Shown here: positions 11,401 to 20,629 of the stretch, one piece after another
How positions within the stretch are numbered: the first letter of the stretch is position 1
Layout: each line of letters starts with the position of its first letter
NCBI GenBank assembly: GCA_963699925.1
Contig: CAVOVT010000007.1
Coordinates: 368,173-432,172 of the forward strand
DNA: 64,000 bases
Source of the DNA: an uncultured Gammaproteobacteria bacterium
GTDB taxonomy: Bacteria > Pseudomonadota > Gammaproteobacteria > Steroidobacterales > Rariloculaceae
Direction of reading: 5' to 3'
Position numbers and translations under genes: made by a program
The notes under the pieces: model-generated
Told to the model about the DNA's origin: nothing
The model's input: only the letters and a program-made list of their open reading frames with translations
Database searches by the model: none

Positions 11401-11875
11401 ATGAAGAACCCGATCGTCGTCTCCGCCGCCGCCGTCTCGATCGCGCTGGTCGGCGCACCGGCGCTGGCGCACCACTCGTTCGCGAGCTACGACGTCGTCT
11501 CAGCAGAAGCTCGTCGAAGGCACCGTCACGCAGTGGAATTACAACAATCCGCACAGCTGGCTCATGATCGACGCGCTCGACGCGAACGGCGAAATAAAGA
11601 CGTGGAGCTTCGAAGGCGCCGCGATCGTGCACGCCGCGCGGCAGGGCGTGAACGGCACCACCTACAAGAAAGGCGAGAAGATTCGCGTCGTGATGCACCC
11701 GATGCGCGACGGCCGCAACGCCGGCGCGCTGTGCTTCGTCATCAAGGAAGACGGCACGTTCACGCGGCCGAACGACGGCATCTGCGATTCCGAGGTAGTG
11801 CACGCGCGCTGGGAGCAGAAGGGCTGGCTAGCGAAGGACGCGACGAGCTTGAGCGTGCATCCCGCCAACGAGTGA
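11401..11875 (+). CDS. DUF6152-like small secreted protein, copy 1
   Basis: It reads MKNPIVVSAAAVSIALVGAPALA followed by HHSFA, then KLVEGTVTQWNYNNPHSWLMIDALDANGEIKTWSFEG. There is one frame change near 11498. It lies directly downstream of P1. Confidence 0.65.
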
Positions 11876-13032
11876 CGGCTGCCGTCGGATCATGGCCGCC
11901 TGTTGGTCGCTGACGGCCGGGACGATCCGCTCGAAGGCTGCTCGTAGGCAGTTCCTGACGAGTTGGTCCGGCCGTACATGGGCCGCGTAATAGGCTCGGT
12001 TTTCCTCGCGCATGGCGCGCGCGGTATCCGGCTCATCGAGCAAGCGCTGGCACGCGGCGACGCAGTCTTCGGGCGTCGAAAACGGGAGATAGTGCTGGCC
12101 CTCGACGAGCGGCGCCGCCGTGTCGTAGAACGGCCGTTCGCTCACGATGCACCGGGAGGCAGCCATGTATTCGGCCATCTTCCAACTGGTCGAGTCGTGC
12201 AGCCCGGCGGTATTCACCGCGACGAGGCAGTCCTTGGTGAGCGCTATGTGGCCGCGCAATCCGGGATCCCCCGGGTACAGGCAATCGGGTACATGCGCCG
12301 CGCGTGCTCGGAATGGCGCAACCCGCCAATGAAGCGCGCACCGAAGTGCCCCTTTAGCTCCCGGACGGTATTCGCGCGCAGGTCGTTGACCTCGTTCATG
12401 CGGCCGAGCCGAAAGTTGTCCGGAGCGTCGTCAGGTCCATAGACTCGCGTGCGGTAATAGATCTTGGGCTGAGCCGGGGCGTGCGGACTCGATTCGAACT
12501 CGTCGATGTACATCGGCGGATGCAGCCGAGGATAAGCGCCGATCGCCTTGAGCCTTCGCCTGACGGGCATTGCGACGATGTGTTTCAGCGCCGTCAGCGG
12601 CGTCCTGCGCAGACGACCCGTGGCGATCTGCATTGCGGCGACGTCGCGAATGCTCTGCGAGTAGGACTCCCTGCGACTCGAGCAGGCGTATTGGAGATCC
12701 ATCGGCGCGATCTTGCGCTGCAGGGCCGGAACGAGCTGCGCGATATAGGGGGCGTGGTAGCTGCGCTTGAAGTAGACGTCGGCGGTGTCGAGATCGTCCG
12801 GTGAAGCGATCGTGCGCCAATCCGTGCTGTCGAAACAGATCTCGATGCGGCGGTGTGCCGCTGCGACTGCAACGCGGAGCACCGTTGGAATCGCGTCGTA
12901 GGCGGGCGAAGGTTGTTGGCGCGAGAAATCGAGCTCGACTTCTCCCGCAGCATCGAGCTCGAAAAGACCCGCATAGAGGCCGGATAGATACTCGGTCCGT
13001 TTCGAGTGCACCGTGATCTCGAGAGGCGCCAT
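11828..13032 (-). CDS. orphan glycosyltransferase-like protein (C-terminal GT1 / CgeB-type domain), lower GC than surroundings
   Basis: AAGGAAG precedes the ATG at 13032. The protein starts MAPLEITVHSKRTEYLSGLYAG. The C-terminal piece in ORF 11828..12259 has KMAEYMAASRCIVSERPFYDTAAPLVEGQHYLPFSTPEDCVAACQRLLDEP. There is one frame change near 12250. The 3' end overlaps the convergent DUF6152 gene by 48 nt, so the end is uncertain. Confidence 0.55.
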
Positions 13033-13261
13033 TTCTTCTTCCTTGTCGGCCAGGCGTCGTTCGCGCAATCGCGAAAGGTGTGCTCGGCTCCTTCCCAGCA
13101 GCGTCGTTCGACCCGGAAAAGAAAACGGCCGGTTCCTCGGGTGCGTTGACTGCAAAGCGATGCCGAGCGCGCGCTCATCGAATCGGCCGAGTGGGCCGTC
13201 CGTCGTCCGTTCGTCTCGGACGCGCTCTACGATCCGAGTCGAAGCCATGAGCTTATCTTTT

Positions 13262-13287
13262 GAACATCCTATACTTACAGGATGTTC
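13262..13287. promoter_or_regulatory. perfect 9-bp inverted repeat GAACATCCT-N8-AGGATGTTC in a low-GC intergenic region
   Basis: I read it directly from the sequence. No U-tract follows on either strand, so an operator or other protein site is more likely than a terminator. Confidence 0.3.
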
Positions 13288-13784
13288 CTAATGTATAAAT
13301 TCGCATGCCGGCGCGTGCGACCGGATTCGATCCGCTTAAATTGGACCACGGCGACCGCTGTCTATGAGTGAAGATTCTCGACGTGTCGGTGTGACCATTC
13401 CGTTGCCGCGAACCTTCGTCCTAGTCCAAGCTTCCGTCTGGGACTCCGAGCCACAGGAGGGTCGCGCCATGGGAACACAGAGGGATGAAGGCGATCAGCA
13501 CCAAGAGCCCCGATGCCAATCTGTGTGATCGACTCCCTGCGTAACGTCGAGCAATCGCGGCACTATTCGACGCATGGCACGACGTCACTACACCGAACGG
13601 CGGCGCCCGCCACAGGGTGCCCGCCCACGACGCAGGACCGAGGACCTGAACACAACCGAGCCGTGATGGAGAGTCGCGAGCAAAGGAGTGATCCCAAGGA
13701 TCGGCTGACCTCAAGGGGCAAGCCGAGGGGCGCGCTCGCGCGCGGAATCGGCCAGAGCCCGGCGCGCAGCGCCAACCTCTGGTC

Positions 13785-15599
13785 ATGAGCGACGCCCCGG
13801 AAAAGAACGCACAGCCGGGGGTCGCCGAGACCGCGCGAGGCAGGGGCCTTCAGCCAGACCCGCATGATCTTCCGCGCGATCTTCGCGTCGCCGGTGGGCC
13901 GGCGACTCATCGTGCTGCTGACGGCGCTGGTGGTCGCGATTCTCGTGACGAGCTACGGGCAGATCATCCTGAACGGCTGGAACCAGCCGTTCTACGACGC
14001 GATCACGCGCCGCGACCTGAACGATTTCCTCTACCAGCTCGGCGTGTACTTCGTGATCGTCGGCGAGCCTCCTCGTTCTCGACGTCGCGCAGCGCTGGCT
14101 CAACGAGACCGTCAAGTTTCGACTTCGCGAGGGTCTGACGCGCGATCTGTTGAAGCTCTGGATGGCGCCGCGTCGCGCGTTCTGGCTCGCCACGAGCGGC
14201 GGTCCGATGGGCGTGAACCCCGACCAGCGCATGACCGAGGATGCGAGACAGGCTCTGCGACCTATCGACCGATCTGTCGATCGGGCTTTTCCGCTCGACG
14301 GTGCTGCTCGTGAGCTTCGCGGGCGTGCTCTGGAAGATCTCCGAAGACTTCACGTTCCGCGTCGGCGGCGTCGACTACGCGGTGCCGGGTTTCATGCTGT
14401 GGGCCGCCATGTCGTATGCGGTGGTCGGCTCGCTTCTGAGCTATTGGGTCGGCCGCAGCCTGGTCACGCGCAACGCCGACCGCTACGCGCGCGAGGCGGA
14501 TCTGCGCTTCGCGCTCGTCCGCATCAACGAGCACGTCGACGGCATCGCGCTCGCGGACAGGCGAAGCCGGACGAGCGCCGGCGCGTCGAAACGCATCTCG
14601 GCAACGTCATGCTCGCGATGCGCCGGCTCGTTCGCGGCCTCACCAATCTCACCTGGGTCACGGCCGGGTTCGGCTGGGTCACGGGCATCGCGCCGATCCT
14701 CGTGGCGGCGCCGCTGTACTTCACCGGCAAGACGTCGTTCGGCGGCATGATGATGGCGGCGGCCGCGTTCACGCAGGCGCAGGGCTCGCTGCGCTGGTTC
14801 GTCGACAACTTCAGCGCGATCGCGGACTGGCGCGCCACGCTGCTGCGCGTGGCGAACTTCCGGTCCGCGCTCGTCGCGACGGAGTCGCAGCCGGCTGTCG
14901 GCAGCCGTATCGACTATGCCGAGGGCCCTCCCGGCGCGATGGTCTTCGAAGAGCTGCAGGTCGAATCCCCGGTCGGCCGCGAGGGCTTCAAGGAGCGGCA
15001 CGTCGTGATTCGCGCCGGCGAGCACACACTGATCTGCGGCGCGCCGGGTGAAGGCAAGACGCCGCTATTCCGCGCGCTCTCGGGACTTTGGCCCTGGGGC
15101 AGCGGCCGGATCGTCCGGCCGCGGGGCGAATCCGTGATGTACGTGCCGCGCGGCACGCCATACCTGCCGCGCGGCACGCTACGCGAAGTGCTCGCCTACC
15201 CGCTCATGACCGACCGCTTCGCCGACCGCGATTACCTGGACGCGCTCGAACGCACCGGCCTCGGGCGATACGCAACGAGTCTCGACGCGCAGCAGCGCTG
15301 GGATCGCGAGCTCCGGGAAGACGAGCAGATGGCGCTCGCCCTCGCCCGAGTCGTCCTCCGGGCTCCGCCCTGGGTCGTGTTCGACGACACTTTCTCGGCG
15401 ATGGAGGACGAGACGCTCGAGCGAGTTGTCGAGATGTTCATGCACGAGCTCACGCGAGACCACGGTCATTTACGTTGGCCGCAGCACGCAGATGCACTTG
15501 CCATTGTTCGCTCGCGTGCTGCACCTGCGAAGAGTACCGAGCGGGCGCAGCATAGAAGAACAATGGGTAACCGAACGGATCCTGCGCAAAGCACGATGA
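13785..15599 (+). CDS. SbmA/BacA-type (ABC_membrane_2) TMD fused to an ABC NBD, YddA/Rv1819c-like, paralogue A; degenerate NBD motifs
   Basis: The main ORF starts at 13864 and reads MIFRAIFASPVGRRLIVLL...NGWNQPFYDAI...GVNPDQRMTED...GAPGEGKTPLFRALSGLWPWGSGRI...LREDEQMALALARVVL...WVVFDDTFSAMEDE...VIYVGRS. A conserved 26-codon ORF starts at 13785, in another frame. There are about 4 frame changes (14065, 14252, 14560, 15455). The stop TGA at 15597-15599 overlaps the next ATG. Confidence 0.8.
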
Positions 15600-17876
15600 G
15601 ACTTCTGCCGACGACGCTCCTTCTGCAGATCGTGCTCGCCATCGCCCTCGCCGGCCAGCCGACGGCCGCGGCCGCGCAGGAGTTCGGGTTCGAGCCGCCG
15701 CCGAGCGCCACGGATCCCGCGTTTCCGGCTGCGCTGCGCGACCTCGCCGAGCGCATCGTGCCGATCTACCAGGACGACGATTCCACTCGCTATCTGGCCA
15801 ATCTCGCGGCGCTGCAGATGACGGCCGGCGACCCGGCAGGCGGCGCACGAGACCCGCATCGCGTTGGACAAGCGGCTGCAGAGCAAGGAGGGGCGATCGC
15901 CGACCGGTCGCGCCGATCGTCTATGCCATCTACGTGCAGGCGCGGGCGACCGAGGCGGAAGAGCACGTGGCGTTCGCGAGCGCCTTCAAGCAGGCGTTCC
16001 GAGCGACGTTCGAACCCCTCGACGACCTTGCCGTCTACGACCTCGAGAGCTCGTTCCTCTCACCGATCGAGCCGCTGCGCGAAGCCGTCCAGCACGCGCT
16101 CGACCAGCAAGGCGACAAGAAGGAGATCGCGCTCGAGCCGGCGCTCGATCTCGTGCGGGCGTGGGCCGGATTCGAGGCGTACCGCAGCATCGAAGGCCTC
16201 GTTCGACCGCTGTTCGCTGCGGAGAACGACAAGCGCTACGTCGTCGAAGAGGTCGCGATCCCGGTTGCAGAAGGCGCGAGCGTCGCCGCCACGTTGGTGC
16301 GTCCGCGCGGCGCCACGGAGGCCGGCAAGGTCGCGACGCTGCTCGAGTTCACGCTCGATCGCTCGAGCCGGGACGCGCGAGAGTCCGCGGCGCACGGCTA
16401 TGCGAGCGTGCTCGCGCTGGCGCGCATTGCGGGCGATCCGCCCGCCCGTCCTCGGGCGCCGTTCGAGTCCGATGGCGACGACGCGCGCGCGGTCATCGAC
16501 TGGATTGCGAAGCAGCCGTGGAGCGACGGCCGCGTAGGCATGCAAGGCACGGGCTACGGCGGCTTCGTCGCCTGGTCGGCGGCGAAGCGGCTGCCGCCGG
16601 CGTTGAAAGCCATCGCGACGTCCGATCCGATGGCGCCCGGCATCGACGTGCCGATGCGAGGCCGGATCGTGCTGAGCTCGGCCTATCGCTGGGTCTACGA
16701 AATGCTGCCGCCGCCCGGGCAAGATCATGCCGTACGACGCGGCGCACTGGCGCAACTTCGACGACGACTGGTACCGGTCCGGCCGGTCGTACCGCGAATT
16801 CGCCGACGCTGCCGGGCCCGGGCAGCGCGGTTTTCCGCCGCTGGTTGAATCATCCGAGCTACGACCGGTTCTGGCAGAAGTGGCTGCCGTTCGGTGCGGA
16901 GTTCGCGAAGATCGACATACCGGTGCTCACGGTCACCGGCTATTACTCGGCCGGTCGAGACCGCCGCGCTCTACTACTTCACGGAGCACCATCAACACGA
17001 CTCCGAACGCCGATCACGCGTTGCTGATCGGCCCGTTCGACGAGCAGAGCGTCGAAAAGGGCGTCACCGAGCCCGCGGTTCGCGGCTCGACGCCGGACGC
17101 CGTGGCGCGCATCGACCCGAACGCCGCGCGCTACGAATGGTTCGCTCACGCGCTCGGCGGCGCGGAGCGGCCGGAGCTCTTCAGCGGCAACGTCAACTAC
17201 GAGCTCGCCGGCGCGAACGAATGGCGCCACGAGGCCTCGCTCGAGGCGCTCGAGCAGAAGCGCACGCGTTTCTATCTCGAGGCGTCGCCGGGCGGGACGG
17301 CCAACACGCTGGCCGCGAAGAAGCGCCGGTCCCCGACGTCTCTCACCGCGACCCTCGAGTCTTCGCGACCGCCGCGACGCCGAGTGGCGGCCCTCGCGCG
17401 AGCTCGTGCTCGACGTCTTGCCGGCGCGCGACGGCACGGCACTATTCATGACGGAGCCCTTCTCCACCCCGGTCGACATCGCAGGCCGGCTCAGCGGCGT
17501 TCTGGATTTCACGATCAACAAGCACGACGTGGACTTGGTGCTGATGCTCTACGAGCTGCGTTCGACCGGCGAATACGTGAAGCTCTTCGACCCCGCCTAC
17601 GCGTTTCGTGCGAGCTACGCCAAGGACCGCGTCCACCGTCATCTGCTGGTCGCGGGCGTGCGGCAGCAGCTGCCGTTTCAGAGCGAGAAGATGGTCGGGC
17701 GCCAGACTCGCAGGCCGGCAGCCGGTTGGTGCTCGCGCTCGGGATCAACAAGCGCGCGGACAGCAGTCAACTACGGCACCGGCAAAGATGTCAGCGAGGA
17801 ATCGGTCGGCGACGCGCGTGCCCCGGTGCGGATCCGCTGGCACGACGGCAGCTTCATCGAGATTCCGTCGCCCTAA
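15596..17876 (+). CDS. CocE/NonD (peptidase S15, X-Pro dipeptidyl-peptidase-like) family protein with signal peptide; nucleophile Ser position reads Gly
   Basis: It reads MRLLPTTLLLQIVLAIALAGQPTAAAAQ, then VATLLEFTLDRS, DWIAKQPWSDGRVGMQGTGYGGFVAWSAA and IPVLTVTGYYSAG. The C-terminus is NYGTGKDVSEESVGDARAPVRIRWHDGSFIEIPSP. About 9 frame changes are needed. Confidence 0.7.
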
Positions 17877-18106
17877 CCCCTGCGCACGTTTTTCACGATT
17901 TTGAGCTGCGATCTCAAGAGTGAGGCGCCGGCGTCGTAGCGCGTCTCGAGAGTGTCGTCGCGTTGTCGCCCCACGGGGCGCCGCGGTGCGTACGCGCCGA
18001 CCAAGAAGCACAACGCGGGCATCGCTTGGGCCGCGGTCACCGCCTGCAGATCTCGAAGCAGCTTCGCGGTCTCTCTGGCTGCCTCCGCCTGAAACTCGCC
18101 TTGCAT
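17873..18106 (-). CDS. possible small hypothetical protein (77 aa)
   Basis: This ORF-track entry lies in the convergent gap between two genes. Third-position GC looks high when read by hand. I recognise no family. Confidence 0.25.
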   Translation of the reverse strand: MQGEFQAEAARETAKLLRDLQAVTAAQAMPALCFLVGAYAPRRPVGRQRDDTLETRYDAGASLLRSQLKIVKNVRRG

Positions 18107-18215
18107 GTGCGCGCCCTCTCGTCGATCGGATTCCGCCTCCGCTGCAAAACCCGTGCCTCGAGGCCTCGTGCTTGTACGGCCGATGGATCCTTCCTAGACC
18201 CGAGCCGCCGCGCTT

Positions 18216-20629
18216 TTAGCCGGGGAATTCCGCCGCGTCGACGCGCCACTGCACGCGAGTTTCGTCTTCGAACCGCACGTGCACGCGCATGACGTTCGGG
18301 TCGACGAGCCTCAGGCTATAGCCCGCGTAATCGCGGACGAGGAACTGCCGCCCTCCCCACGTCCAGGGATGGTCGCCCGGGACGTAGACGAACACGTCGT
18401 GCTCGCTCGCTTGCGGACCGTCGAAATTCCGCTCAAGGCGCCCTCGCTCCATTCCAGCGCACGTCCTCGATCTCGATCGCGCCCTGCGTGACGTGCCGGC
18501 TCGTCGAGAGGAGCTGCGGCGCGCCCGTCGCCGCATGCAGCGCGAGCAGCGTGACGCTGCCGGGCTCGATCGTCACGGCGAGCTCGTTCGTGACCTCTCC
18601 GAAAAACCGCTGTCGCCAGAAATCGAAGCGAGATAGGTCTTGGCCGGATCCAGCCCGAGCCGGCTCAACGGGAAGCGGCGCTCGACCGCGGCACCGAGGT
18701 CGGGATTGAAGAGACGCGACGACCGACCACGAGGCGAACGGCCGTTCGACACGCATCACGAACGTCGTCGGGAATGTCGGCATCGAAGAGATCGACCGGA
18801 ATGGCGGCCTCGCCGTACGGACGGCGTGATCTTTTTCAGGATTTCGAGCTTGGCCGGGTCGAGGTCGACGAGCCGGTCGCCCGAGATCATGTTGCCGCCG
18901 GAGAGCGCGATGAGCGTCGCGGCCGCTTGCGCCTGCTGCGCGGTCAGCAAGTCGAGGCACACGTGGTCGACATCATTGACCCACGTGCGCCGATGAAAGT
19001 AGTAGCGCTTCGCGGCGGCCGCCGCGCTGCACGCGGGGTCCTCGAAGTACTGCTTCCACGCCGCCGCGGCGTAGCCGTAGTTGATGTCGGCCTCGACGCG
19101 CATGCTGTCGATGAGGCCCACCGTGGTGTTCGCCGGGGCCGCAATCGAGGATGTGGCAGTCGTCGCCGGCCGCGGCGCGCATGATCTCGAGGCCCCGCCG
19201 ATAGACCTCGGCGGACGACAGCGTCGGATCTCGGTAGCGCTCCGCCGCGAGGATCGACCACGCCATGAAGTCGATCTTGATCATCTCGTAGCCCCAGCGG
19301 CGCGCGATCGTCTCGAAGAGGTCGCGCAACCAATCCGCGGCCTCGGGATGCGTGATGTCGAGGCAGTAGCGCTTCACGACCTCGCGCGAGCGCCGCCGGC
19401 GAATTCTCGTTCTCCCAGTTGCCGATGCGTTGCAGCGAGCCGTCGCGGCGGCGCACGAGCCACTCGGGATGCCGCCGGAACACTTCGCTCTGCTCGGAGA
19501 TGACGTAGGGCGCGATCCAAAGTCCCGGTTTGAATCCGTGCGCCTTGATCCTCTCCGCGAGCCATTTCATCCCGTGAGGGAATCGCTCGTTGCCTTCCCA
19601 GTCGCCGAGCGAGCGTTGGTAGCCGTCGTCGATCTGCACGTACTCGAGCCCGAACGGCCGGAGGTGTCTGCGGCGAATGCGGTGTTCCGCAAGACCTCGT
19701 CCTCGGAGACTTCGGCGAGCGTGTAGAACCAGCTGCACCAACCGTTGACGATGGAGCGCGTGCGCGCGTTTTGCGCCGTTCCCACGGCGTCGGCATACTC
19801 CTCGAGCGCCGCGTAAGGAGTCGCGGCGACGTTCAGCATGAAGCGGTTAGAGCCGATCGATTGTCCCGGGGCGCAGCGTGATCGGCGGCGCATACACGGA
19901 TTCACCCAAGAACGAGATCTCGCCCTCGCCGGTGCTCGCGACGAGAACGAGACCGAGCGCGTGCGTGTTCTCGAGATACCCGAGAACCACGCCTTCGCGG
20001 TCGTAGCCGCTGAACAGGCCGACGTTCCACCAGCTCGCGACGGTCGGGGTGGCGCGGCGCGATCGATTCGTTCACGAGCCGCGCGCCCTTGATCGGGCGG
20101 ACGCAGGCTCGCGCGGCGGATCGGCCGCAAACGCGTGGACTCGGCCCGCGTCGTAGAACATCTCGCCGTTCGTGATGCACGCCGCGACGCCCGGGACGCG
20201 CAGCGTGCCGCCTTCGTTCGCGACGACGCGCAGCGGTTCGAGACTCGTCGACGACGATGTCGCGCGACGAGACGTTCGTGCAGTGCGGCTCGATCGTCAC
20301 CATCGGCCGACGGTCGTACACGACGACTTCGACGCCGAGGTCGAGAAGCTTGTCGGGGATCGCGGCAGACCACGCTCATGCGCTGCCCGGAGCCCAAGTC
20401 GGTCGCTGAACGTAGACGATGGCGACGGAGTGCTCGCGGCCGAGGCGACGCGGTGGACTGTTTGCCGACTTCGGTGTTCGCGCAAGCGACGCCGCCAGTG
20501 AGAAACGGCGTGCCGTCGCCGCGGAGGATCGAGAACGTTCCGGTCCGCGTATCGAACGAGACGGCGAAGTGATCGCTCGCGATCGTTCAACACCGCGCCC
20601 GGAGATTCGTCTCGAGCGGACGGCTTCAT
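18216..20629 (-). CDS. clan GH-D alpha-galactosidase-like glycoside hydrolase (GH36-like)
   Basis: Fragments lie across at least 7 frames. They include WCSWFYTLAEVSEDEVL, YVQIDDGYQRSLGDWEGNERFPHGMKWLAERIKAHGFKPGLWIAPY, WGYEMIKIDFMAWS and LSGGNMISGDRLVDLD. The C-terminus is FVYVPGDHPWTWGGRQFLVRDYAGYSLRLV. The start MKPSARDE at 20629 is inferred. Confidence 0.6.

Noticed and set aside
13310-13350. A tRNA-like fragment (GGATTCGATCC resembling a T-loop, with CCA about 12 nt later) might be an integration att remnant.
   Set aside because: The flanking bases cannot form a T-stem or an acceptor stem. No integrase is nearby. The match to the GGTTCGAATCC consensus is imperfect.
13513-13788. A 91-aa plus-strand ORF ending in an ATGA overlap with the transporter A upstream ORF.
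   Set aside because: The composition is unconvincing and I recognise no family. It lies in the low-GC non-coding stretch. I note it only because of the overlap.
13840-13870. Programmed ribosomal frameshifting might join the conserved upstream ORF to the transporter ORF in both paralogues.
   Set aside because: There is no slippery heptamer, and no stop or rare-codon context like that of prfB, at either site. The sequences at the junction (GACCCGCATGATC and GCCCGCGATGATC) do not allow tRNA re-pairing. A shared sequencing-context error or a separate leader ORF is more plausible.
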